Positions 19,086 through 26,634 of a stretch of DNA of 60,555 nt are shown in pieces (the stretch's first letter is position 1; each line of letters opens with the position of its first letter). The DNA lies in IMG/VR virus record IMGVR_UViG_3300024046_000019, positions 1 to 60,555 of that record; one strand, 5' to 3'. Made by a program: the position numbers and the translations under genes. Source of the stretch: a virus. Taxonomy: Duplodnaviria; Caudoviricetes. The notes under the pieces are model-generated. The model was given only the letters and a program-made list of their open reading frames with translations. It was not told where the DNA came from and did no database searches.

Positions 19086-19557
19086 CCACGCTTCCAATAC
19101 CGCGACCGGCTGGACCGATGGAGAGGTTGCAATCCTCGAAAAGCTCTGGGTCGAAGGCTTTTCCGCCAGCCATATCGCAGCGGAGCTAGGCCACGGCCTG
19201 ACGCGCAGTGCGGTTATCGGCAAAGCAAACCGCCTCGGCCTTCGCCGGCTGGTCAATGGCAACACGTTGCGGGCAGCCCGGGATGGTGCTCGCCGGGCTC
19301 GAGCCGAAAAGAAAGTGCAGGCCAACCCGGTTAAACAGGGCCGGTCTCGCACCACCAAAACCGACCCGTTCTCGGAAGTGCCATCCGGCAATGATGTGAC
19401 CCGGATTATCGGCATCATGGAAATCGAGCGCCATGACTGCCACTGGATCGAGGGCGACCCCAAAGGCTCCTACACGTTCTGCAGTAGGCCGGTGAAGCAA
19501 GGCACTTCGTGGTGCCCTGAGCACTATGCCCGCGTCTTTCCCGGGAGGACGGCATGA
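19078..19557 (+). CDS. gcrA: GcrA-family cell-cycle regulator homologue
   Basis: WTD..VAILEKLWVEGFSASHIAAELG..TRSAVIGKANRLGL; CHWIEGDP...FC...WCPEH. Confidence 0.9.
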   Translation: MPDHASNTATGWTDGEVAILEKLWVEGFSASHIAAELGHGLTRSAVIGKANRLGLRRLVNGNTLRAARDGARRARAEKKVQANPVKQGRSRTTKTDPFSEVPSGNDVTRIIGIMEIERHDCHWIEGDPKGSYTFCSRPVKQGTSWCPEHYARVFPGRTA

Positions 19558-19937
19558 GCGAGGCCGCGCTACGGGACCGGATTGATATCCTCGAAGCCGA
19601 AAATGCCGAACTCCGGCGGCAACTGCGGCTGGACCCCGACAAGCAATTCATCGCGGCGGCAAGAAGCCGGCTTGGCATTACGTTGATCCCGGCGCGGCTG
19701 TTGTGGGCCTTGTGGGACGGCAGGGTGCATTCGACCGGCGCCATTATGGACGCACTCTATGGCGACAGCCTCGACCCGCCGGATGCGAAAATCGTCAACG
19801 CCTGGATATGCAGGCTGCGGAAGGCGCTGAAATCCGCTGACGCCAGGATACGGCTCCATTGGGGCTTTGGCTATCAGCTGATGCCGGAGGATCGCGTCCG
19901 GATCGCCGCTTACATCGGCGTCGAGGTGCGGCCATGA
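19554..19937 (+). CDS. Stand-alone OmpR/CtrA-type winged-helix protein (no receiver domain)
   Basis: MDALYG...PDAKIVNAWICRLRKAL...WGFGYQL resembles the CtrA DNA-binding domain. Confidence 0.8.
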   Translation: MSEAALRDRIDILEAENAELRRQLRLDPDKQFIAAARSRLGITLIPARLLWALWDGRVHSTGAIMDALYGDSLDPPDAKIVNAWICRLRKALKSADARIRLHWGFGYQLMPEDRVRIAAYIGVEVRP

Positions 19938-20812
19938 GCGCGCTGACCGTCAATGAGCGGGCTCGGCTGGAAGCCTGCGAAAAATCCATCGAGCAAGGCA
20001 TCGCTGTCTTTGTCGAAGTCGGCCGCGCGCTGACCGAAATCCGCGACAGCAAACTCTATCGGGTCAGCCACAAGACATTCGAAGCGTACTGCAAGGATCG
20101 GTGGGAAATTGGCCGCTCGCGCGCCTATGATCTTATCGACCAGGCCAAGGTTACGGAAACCCTGTCGGCGGCCGGCATCGATTTGTCCGACGCGTCGGAC
20201 ATTTCTGTTCGGGATGCGCGTGCGCTGAAAGACGATCCTTCGGCGGCCATAGCCGTTAAATCCCGCGTGGAGGCGGGCGAAAGGCCAGCAGAAGCCATCA
20301 AGGCCGTCGCGACCGAGAAGACGGCGGCTAAGAAAGAGCAGCAGGCCAAGATCGATCGCGGCCGCGAAGAAACTGCCGCGCAATTTGCTCCAGAAGTGCA
20401 GGAGCATCGCGCCCGCACCGATGAATTCCGGGCCCAAGCCAAGGCGGCGAAGTCGAAGACATCTGGCGATGTGGACGCGCTCAGGGCCGAGATTGAAGAG
20501 AAAAACGAATACATCGCCTCCCTTGAGGCCGAGGTGGCCGATCTCAAGCGCCAGGTCGCCCGGTACGACGAAATGGCCGTCCAGTATGAGCAGGGCGGCT
20601 TCGACAAAGTCATCGCCGGCAAGGACGAGGTGATCCGGGGACTGGAAACAAGGCTCTATTCCGAGAGCGCCGACAAAGCTTCGTGGATGCATCTGGCGAA
20701 AGCCAAGGACAAGTCCATCGCCTTCTATAAGGCAGAGGCCGAAAAGCGCGGGTATAGCGACGATATCGACCTCGACCGGGTTGACCCGGAGACTGGCGAG
20801 GTCATGCCATGA
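19934..20812 (+). CDS. Phage hypothetical protein (DNA-binding N-terminus plus coiled coil)
   Basis: FVEVGRALTEIRDSKLYR..TFEAYCKDRW...RAYDLI is a recurrent phage domain. Confidence 0.75.
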   Translation: MSALTVNERARLEACEKSIEQGIAVFVEVGRALTEIRDSKLYRVSHKTFEAYCKDRWEIGRSRAYDLIDQAKVTETLSAAGIDLSDASDISVRDARALKDDPSAAIAVKSRVEAGERPAEAIKAVATEKTAAKKEQQAKIDRGREETAAQFAPEVQEHRARTDEFRAQAKAAKSKTSGDVDALRAEIEEKNEYIASLEAEVADLKRQVARYDEMAVQYEQGGFDKVIAGKDEVIRGLETRLYSESADKASWMHLAKAKDKSIAFYKAEAEKRGYSDDIDLDRVDPETGEVMP

Positions 20813-21144
20813 CCGATGTTCCAGCCATTCTCGCACGCGTACGGGCCAAGGGTGCGGATATCCTGCTCGAACGCGGCAAGATGACCGTTACCAACGGGGT
20901 AAAGCTGGGCAATGAGGGCATGGCCTTCTTGCGCCAGCACCAGGACGCCATCGAGCAACACCTCCGGAAGAGTACTGCCGCGAGGGTGTCGGAGGACGAT
21001 ACGCCGCCCCTGACGTGGGGGCAGACGGCGCGCATCCTTTACGCCGAATGCCCGGAAGGCCGGGACAAACTCGACTGGTCCTATTTCGTGACTGAGATGG
21101 GCAAGGTCATGCGCGGCCACTTCGGCATCGGAGTGGAGCCATGA
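20809..21144 (+). CDS. Hypothetical protein
   Basis: ATGA overlaps on both sides. Confidence 0.7.
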   Translation: MTDVPAILARVRAKGADILLERGKMTVTNGVKLGNEGMAFLRQHQDAIEQHLRKSTAARVSEDDTPPLTWGQTARILYAECPEGRDKLDWSYFVTEMGKVMRGHFGIGVEP

Positions 21145-22721
21145 ACCTGTTGTTCTCCGAGCCCCGCGCCCTCGAGCTTCGCCCTTATCAGGACGATGCC
21201 ATTGAAGCCCTTCGTCAAGGTATCCGCGAACACCGGCGACGGCAGGTTCTTGTCGCGCCCACCGGTGCCGGCAAAACCATTGTTGGCCTGAAGCTAATCC
21301 AGGAATCCCAGCGCAAGGGATCGCGGGCTTGGTTCATCGTGGACCGCGTGTCGCTGATCGACCAGACGAGCGCCGTGTTTTCCGACTATGGCATTGACCA
21401 CGGCGTTATTCAGGCTGACCATTTTCTGACCGACTATTCCAAGTCGGTCCAGATCGCCAGCGCGCAGACCCTTGCCCGGCGGCATGTCCGCGACCTGCCG
21501 GACCTGATCCTGTGGGATGAGGCGCATTGCAGCTACAAGTCGATCCTTGACCTTATCGCGCGGGCCGAGGACGCGAAGGTGATTGGCCTGACCGCGACAC
21601 CGTTCACCGCCGGCATGGCCGAGCAGTGGGACGGTTTGGTCAACGTCACCACCGTGAACAAACTCCTGGCGGAAGGCTTCTTGTCGCCGCTACGCATCAA
21701 GGCTTGCGTGTCGCCCGACATGGTTGGGGCGAAGAAGAAGTTCAACGGCGAGTACGAGGAGGAGGATGCTGGATCGCGTGGCATCGTCATCATTGGCGAT
21801 GTGGTCAAGACGTGGATCGAGCAGACCGCCAAGACCTTCGGCGGCCCGGTCAAGACCATTGTGTTTTCGCCCTCGGTCAAGCACGGCGCCGAACTGTGCC
21901 GTCAGTTCGCCGAAGCTGGGTTCAATTTCCAACAGATCAGCTACCTCGACAGCGGTGATGATGATCGCCGCGGCAAGATCGCGGAATTCCGTAAGCCGGA
22001 CAGTGCGATTGATGGGCTGGTGTCTTGCGCGGTCCTGACCAAGGGATTCGATGTCCCGGATGTCATGTGTGGCATTTCCTGCCGGCCGTACCGGAAATCC
22101 TTCTCGAGCCATATCCAGGAGATGGGTCGGGTCATGCGCATCGCGCCTGACAAGGAGTTCGGATTATGGCTCGACCACTCCGGCAATAGCATCGCCTTTG
22201 CAGACGATACGGCCTGGCTGTTCGAATATGGCGTCGAGAACCTGTCGAATGCCGCCAAAAAGGACAGCGAGGTCCGCGAGCCCAAGGAAAAGACACGCAA
22301 GGAGCGGTTCTGCGGTGAGTGCGGAACCCAGATGGAGCCCGGCAATCCATGTTGCCCGGCTTGCGGCTGGGAACGACCCGAGCGTGGTGAAATCCAATTC
22401 GTACAGGGCGAGATAATCGATTTCGATCTCAAGATGAGCGAGCGGTTCGAGCCTCGGAAAGGGCTGCGCGCCGAATGCCTCAAAGACCCTCGCGCCGTAT
22501 TCAATGCAGCGCTCTCCTACACGTCGACCTATTCCAGCAAGGGCGATGAACATGCTCGCCGGTGGGCGGCCGGTATCTGGAAGGGCATCTATGAGCGGTG
22601 GCCGCCTCGTAGCTTTGACGGGCTCCAATGCGACCCCTCGCGGGTGACGCCCGACCAATATTCTCTGGTCGAGAGGGAAGTGCGGCGCTTTCGCAAAAAC
22701 AGCAAGACGAGGGCCGCATGA
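21141..22721 (+). CDS. DEAD/DEAH-box SF2 helicase with zinc ribbon
   Basis: APTGAGKT, DEAH, GLTATP, KGFDVP, QEMGRVMR, CGEC...CPAC. Confidence 0.93.
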   Translation: MNLLFSEPRALELRPYQDDAIEALRQGIREHRRRQVLVAPTGAGKTIVGLKLIQESQRKGSRAWFIVDRVSLIDQTSAVFSDYGIDHGVIQADHFLTDYSKSVQIASAQTLARRHVRDLPDLILWDEAHCSYKSILDLIARAEDAKVIGLTATPFTAGMAEQWDGLVNVTTVNKLLAEGFLSPLRIKACVSPDMVGAKKKFNGEYEEEDAGSRGIVIIGDVVKTWIEQTAKTFGGPVKTIVFSPSVKHGAELCRQFAEAGFNFQQISYLDSGDDDRRGKIAEFRKPDSAIDGLVSCAVLTKGFDVPDVMCGISCRPYRKSFSSHIQEMGRVMRIAPDKEFGLWLDHSGNSIAFADDTAWLFEYGVENLSNAAKKDSEVREPKEKTRKERFCGECGTQMEPGNPCCPACGWERPERGEIQFVQGEIIDFDLKMSERFEPRKGLRAECLKDPRAVFNAALSYTSTYSSKGDEHARRWAAGIWKGIYERWPPRSFDGLQCDPSRVTPDQYSLVEREVRRFRKNSKTRAA

Positions 22722-23647
22722 CCCTCGATCAAGCCATTGCTCAAGTCTGCGCGTCGGTCGGCATTATCCCGCCTGCTGGCCGTATCGACATGGACAAATG
22801 GACCCCATGCGATGTGGCCGGGAAGGGCGCGAGCGGCAAGGGCGATGGCAGGATCATCATCGATCAAGCGCGCGCAACCGCGATGAACTGGACGACCGGT
22901 GAGGTGGCCACCGTTTGGTTGAATGAGGATCGGTCGCCCGAGGATAAGCGCCGCTATGCCGAACAGCGCCGGGAAGCCGACAAGAGCGTCCGAGACAAGG
23001 CCCTCAAGGCGGCTAGGACAGCCGAGGCGATCATTGCGGCGGCGAAGCCCGGCGAGCACCCATACCTCGCCCGGAAGGGCTTTGCCGCCGAGCGCCCGTT
23101 GATTATTGGTGCGGATGAAGTTGCCCGGATTGGGGGTGACTATCTCGTACCCGAAGGTGGCCGGACCGCCATCGTCATTCCGGCGCGCATCGGCCTGCGG
23201 GTCGCCAGCGTCCAGCTGATCTGGGAAGACGGCACCAAGAAATTCCTTTTCGGCGGCGAGATGGGCGGCGCATCGCACCGCATCGCCTCCGGCCGAGAGA
23301 CATGGCTGTGCGAGGGCTATGCCACCGGCCTCTCCCTGCGGGCGGCGCTCAAGGGTCTACACCGGCGCGATACCGTGCTGGTGTGCTTCTCTGCCTCGAA
23401 TATCGCCAAGGTGGCCGAGGCGGTACCGGGCCGGAAATGGGCCTGCGCCGACCACGACGCACCGCCCAAGGCCAAGCCAGATCAGTTCGGCGGCCTGGGG
23501 GCAGGGGAGTTCTACGCCCGCAAGTGCGGGGTGCCCTACCTCATGCCCCCGGTCGTGGGCATGGATATCAACGACATGCACCAAGCCTCCGGGATCTTCG
23601 CAGTCCAGCGACTGATTTCCAATTTGATCCGGGAGGCGCGGACATGA
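22718..23647 (+). CDS. Toprim-domain primase
   Basis: HPYLARKG, LCEGYATGLS, CADHD, DINDM. Confidence 0.88.
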   Translation: MTLDQAIAQVCASVGIIPPAGRIDMDKWTPCDVAGKGASGKGDGRIIIDQARATAMNWTTGEVATVWLNEDRSPEDKRRYAEQRREADKSVRDKALKAARTAEAIIAAAKPGEHPYLARKGFAAERPLIIGADEVARIGGDYLVPEGGRTAIVIPARIGLRVASVQLIWEDGTKKFLFGGEMGGASHRIASGRETWLCEGYATGLSLRAALKGLHRRDTVLVCFSASNIAKVAEAVPGRKWACADHDAPPKAKPDQFGGLGAGEFYARKCGVPYLMPPVVGMDINDMHQASGIFAVQRLISNLIREART

Positions 23648-23865
23648 GGTTGCGGGACCGGCGAGAGAGCCAAGCGCTCAAATTCCTGACCGTGCGTCGT
23701 CTGGCGTCTGCGGTTGAGCTTGCCAAGGCGGCCACCGCGGGCGAGGCGCGCCGGACGAACGCGGACGGCCTGAATGCGCTGGGGTTGGTCCTCGGCAATC
23801 ATTTCATCCGGCGCGGCTTTGCCAAGCTGGATCAGTTCAACCGATACGAATGGGTGCCCAAATGA
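23644..23865 (+). CDS. Small hypothetical protein
   Basis: GGAGG RBS; ATGA overlaps. Confidence 0.65.
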   Translation: MRLRDRRESQALKFLTVRRLASAVELAKAATAGEARRTNADGLNALGLVLGNHFIRRGFAKLDQFNRYEWVPK

Positions 23866-24056
23866 CCGAGCGCTATTTCGATGAACAATTGCAAGTCTGG
23901 GTGACCGTGTGCCGGCCCGGCGCCGCCAAGGGAATTCTGACCGTTGAAGGATTCCGAGGCGTGAAGGCAGCCGGCTATCGGGCCGCGAAAAGCGCCTCGG
24001 CAGCGAAAGCCTGGACGGGCGCCGGAAAGCGGTCCCGCAAGAAGCGTAGCAAGTAA
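23862..24056 (+). CDS. Small basic hypothetical protein
   Basis: ATGA overlap with the upstream gene. Confidence 0.55.
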   Translation: MTERYFDEQLQVWVTVCRPGAAKGILTVEGFRGVKAAGYRAAKSASAAKAWTGAGKRSRKKRSK

Positions 24057-24130
24057 GTCCACCTGCGTATCACATAGCCGCCATAGCCCGTCTGTCGGGG
24101 GTCCGGTCAAGCGAAAGCGGAGACTACGGA

Positions 24131-24430
24131 CGGCACACCAGAACGATGCGGGATACCGCCGTCCACGGAAGGAGGATACTCCTTGCGCGCTTGTCGATTG
24201 GCGGCTTTGCGCGTGAACCGTCTGCTTGAGACGCACTGGTAGCGATGACCGGGCAACCCCATCGCGCTCCTCATAGGAAATCCAGCGGCCAATTCATGCT
24301 TGCCTGTCCATACCCGGCTCCGCCCTGCATGCCTGTCCCCCTCACCGATACCACGGTGGGGGGACGTATGCGCCGAACCTCCCCTCACCATCCTGCATAA
24401 CCCCTCGGTGCTGATCGTTCTGGTGTGCCG
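24131..24430. repeat. 300-bp element bounded by a perfect 17-bp inverted repeat
   Basis: CGGCACACCAGAACGAT (24131-24147) and ATCGTTCTGGTGTGCCG (24414-24430), with several internal hairpins. Confidence 0.85.
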
Positions 24431-24462
24431 ATGGCAACCATTTCGAGCAACGGAGAGACCCA

Positions 24463-24987
24463 GTGTCCAAACCTCGCAAGCAGAAACAGCCAGAGACCAT
24501 GACGAAAATGGATATCCGCCGCGTGACGATGGAGAACCCATATTTCAACGGCAGCCACGAAATCAGCCAGGCCAACCCGAAGGTGATGCAGGTCGTAAAA
24601 AACCTGCGGGAGAGCGCCATCGAAACCCTCTTTGCCCGACACAAGATCGACAGAGCCCAGAAGGAGGCCGCAGACAGGTTTCGCCTTATCTGGGAAATGT
24701 GTGGGGGCGCCGGGTCGGGAGCAATCGACTATACCCGCGAACACGTTGATGGTGGCGGGGCTCGGGACCCTATTGCGCAGCGCCAGGTGGACGCCGGCAA
24801 GGCTCTGTCACAGTGCCGAAACCTCCTCGGAGCCCGCAACTACGCGCTGGTTCGGAAAATCTGCGGCGAAGGCTATGGCCTTCAGCAGGTCGCCACGACG
24901 AAGCGTGGGCATCTGACCGCCGCAGACAATCTGCGAGCCAGTCTCGATGACCTTGCCGAGATGTGGGGATTGAAGCAGAGAGAGTGA
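24463..24987 (+). CDS. Putative late-gene regulator (DUF6456-like, in the Q position)
   Basis: AIDYTREHVDGG...LRASLDDLAEMWG; lies immediately before the late promoter. Confidence 0.65.
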   Translation: MSKPRKQKQPETMTKMDIRRVTMENPYFNGSHEISQANPKVMQVVKNLRESAIETLFARHKIDRAQKEAADRFRLIWEMCGGAGSGAIDYTREHVDGGGARDPIAQRQVDAGKALSQCRNLLGARNYALVRKICGEGYGLQQVATTKRGHLTAADNLRASLDDLAEMWGLKQRE

Positions 24988-25015
24988 ACAAAGTTAATAC
25001 ATTGTTCTTTAGAGA

Positions 25016-25044
25016 TTGACGTTGGTAACCGAACAGGGTATCGA
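25016..25044 (+). promoter_or_regulatory. Putative late (PR'-like) promoter
   Basis: TTGACG-N17-TATCGA followed closely by a terminator. Confidence 0.55.
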
Positions 25045-25075
25045 TTTAGTAGTCTCCGAAATTGCGAGGCGAGAC

Positions 25076-25098
25076 AGGTCCGCTCCGGCGGACCTTTT
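25076..25098 (+). terminator. Intrinsic terminator (tR'-like)
   Basis: AGGTCCGC-TCCG-GCGGACCT-TTT. Confidence 0.65.
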
Positions 25099-25125
25099 CA
25101 TTTCCCACATCGAAAGGACTGCCCC

Positions 25126-25383
25126 ATGCGCATTTTCCCGCGCCTGTTCGGCCTCGTCCTTGCGGCCCTGTTCTGGCCCGTCACTGCCGCCATCGCGGTA
25201 GTGGAGCGCCACGTCTGGCCCAAGCTCGAAGCCCGCGACATTCTCGACCTGACCCATGCTGTCCACGCCGCCTGCGCCACCCATGAACCGGAGCGAAGTC
25301 GGTTCTCCGCCTTCATTAAGCGGCTGCTCGATCACGACCTCTACGTCGCCGGCCACTTCGATCCCGGGCGAACGCCGGCGTAG
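25126..25383 (+). CDS. Small protein with hydrophobic N-terminus
   Basis: AAGGA RBS; LFGLVLAALFWPVTAAIAVV. Confidence 0.55.
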   Translation: MRIFPRLFGLVLAALFWPVTAAIAVVERHVWPKLEARDILDLTHAVHAACATHEPERSRFSAFIKRLLDHDLYVAGHFDPGRTPA

Positions 25384-25517
25384 CCATTGTTGATTGAATT
25401 CTGGTCGGGCGCTTCGGCGCTCGGCCTGTTCACCCAGTTGTTTGCATAATGCGCAAAGAACTCGATGAGCAGGCATCCGAGCCCAGCGGTTCTGGGCATT
25501 GCAGAAGGAGAAGACCC

Positions 25518-25769
25518 ATGACGGTCCAGGCAATGTTCTACGTGAAGGAAATCAACCACCGCGCCACCCAGCAGCCGTGCGATGTGAATGTCGAGGTCAA
25601 GATGGGCGCGGCATTCGGCACCTATCTCAACGGCCTGCCAGAAGGCAATGGCGACTGGTCGAAGTGGACGCCGACCGGCGAGATGTCCATCACCATCACC
25701 AATCCGGCCGCAATCGAGCAGTTCGAGATCGGCGGCGTTTACTCGCTGACGTTCGAGAAGGCTGCATAA
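25518..25769 (+). CDS. Conserved small phage protein
   Basis: AAGGAG RBS; WSKWTPTGEMSITITNPAAIEQF motif. Confidence 0.75.
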   Translation: MTVQAMFYVKEINHRATQQPCDVNVEVKMGAAFGTYLNGLPEGNGDWSKWTPTGEMSITITNPAAIEQFEIGGVYSLTFEKAA

Positions 25770-25782
25770 CCAGTTTCAAGAT

Positions 25783-25987
25783 GGGGGCCTCTAGACCTCG
25801 CCCGATGGAGGGCAGGGTTGATGATGAGGCCCCCTAACCCAGCGCCGGTACTCACCCCGGCTAGACCCGCTATGTCTTCCGGTATGGTAGCGGTGATTGA
25901 AAATTGAGGACCGGCGCGCACGGCGCTCCCACAGGAGGCTAGAAGCGCGATAATTCGCCCGAATGGGCAAGTAGTTTGAGGCGTTTC
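25783..25987 (+). ncRNA. Putative structured RNA leader (three hairpins) preceding the tRNA array
   Basis: GGGGGCCTC/GAGGCCCCC, GCGCCGGT/ACCGGCGC and GAAGCGC/GCGTTTC stems, each with a CTAGA on the 5' side. Confidence 0.45.
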
Positions 25988-26063
25988 GCCGGATTAGCTC
26001 AGTGGCAGAGCAGCCCTCCTGTAAAGGGCAGGTCGCGGGTTCGATCCCATGCATCCGGCACCA
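25988..26063 (+). tRNA. tRNA-Thr(UGU), atypical C33
   Basis: Acceptor GCCGGAT/ATCCGGC, anticodon arm GCCCT-CCTGTAA-AGGGC, TTCGA loop, encoded CCA. Confidence 0.85.
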
Positions 26064-26065
26064 AT

Positions 26066-26141
26066 GGGGAAATAGCTCAGTTGGGAGAGCACCTGCCCTG
26101 CAAGCAGGTTGTCGCCGGTTCGATTCCGGCTTTCTCCACCA
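26066..26141 (+). tRNA. tRNA-Ala(UGC), atypical C33
   Basis: GGGGAAA/TTTCTCC with G3:U70, arm CCTGC-CCTGCAA-GCAGG, encoded CCA. Confidence 0.9.
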
Positions 26142-26145
26142 GTTT

Positions 26146-26221
26146 CTGGGTGTAGCTCAAGCGGAAGAGCGGCGCGTTTGGGGCGCGCATGTTGTCGGTT
26201 CGAGTCCGGCCGCCTAGACCA
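26146..26221 (+). tRNA. tRNA-Pro(UGG)
   Basis: C1-G72 acceptor, arm GCGCG-TTTGGGG-CGCGC, encoded CCA. Confidence 0.88.
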
Positions 26222-26228
26222 ATTTTTT

Positions 26229-26303
26229 AGCGGGTAGGAACGCCAGTGCGTTCGCCGGTTTCATACGCCGGATCAGCCGGTGCAACTCCGAGGCCCGCAA
26301 CCA
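26229..26303 (+). tRNA. Atypical tRNA with CAU anticodon (Met/fMet-like)
   Basis: AGCGGGT/GCCCGCA with 1:72 mismatch, arm CCGGT-TTCATAC-GCCGG, 6-bp D stem, TGCAACT T-loop, encoded CCA. Confidence 0.7.
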
Positions 26304-26305
26304 GT

Positions 26306-26391
26306 TCGAAGCGGTCAACACGGTGAATTCTGCCAGCCGTAGCCGGAGCAATCCGAGCGTAGGAGGGAACGGCAGTCCTCCACCGTTTCGA
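26306..26391 (+). ncRNA. Unclassified tRNA-sized four-way-junction RNA
   Basis: 10-bp closing stem, three internal hairpins, GCAA tetraloop, complementary loops CTGCC/GGCAG. Confidence 0.65.
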
Positions 26392-26396
26392 TCTCA

Positions 26397-26470
26397 ATCG
26401 GTCTAGCTCATTGGTAGAGCGGTGGTCTCCAAAACCATGCGACGGGGTTCGATTCCCTGGACCGGTGTCA
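26397..26470 (+). tRNA. tRNA-Trp(CCA); 3' end encoded as TCA
   Basis: ATCGGTC/GACCGGT acceptor, arm GTGGT-CTCCAAA-ACCAT, G73. Confidence 0.85.
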
Positions 26471-26474
26471 GTTT

Positions 26475-26562
26475 GGAGCAGTGGCCGAGTGGTCTATGGC
26501 AGCGGTCTTGAAAACCGAAGTGTCGCAAGGCACCGTGGGTTCGAATCCTACCTGCTCCGCCA
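26475..26562 (+). tRNA. tRNA-Ser(UGA)
   Basis: GGAGCAG/CTGCTCC acceptor, loop CTTGAAA, long variable arm, G73-CCA. Confidence 0.92.
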
Positions 26563-26634
26563 AAATTGAGGCTTCGGTTCGGACGCTGCCATGGAATGGC
26601 GTCCATCAGTGGACCAGATAACGCCTCAATCCCA

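Noticed and set aside
24131-24430. Retron msr-msd or MITE interpretation of the inverted-repeat element
   Set aside because: No reverse transcriptase or transposase in the window, no target-site duplication and no second copy.
25783-25917. Hammerhead ribozyme or box C/D (TIGR-like) array suggested by TGATGA
   Set aside because: No CUGANGA plus GAAA core in the right topology, no regular repeat period and no Nop-domain gene recognised.
25988-26063. Reading this tRNA as Tyr(GUA) to restore U33
   Set aside because: That register breaks the GCCCT/AGGGC stem, and the long variable arm of bacterial tRNA-Tyr is missing.
26304-26396. HDV-like theta ribozyme or SAM riboswitch after a tRNA
   Set aside because: Pairings give a closed four-way junction rather than a nested double pseudoknot; SAM-I consensus motifs are absent. 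Kept as unclassified RNA.
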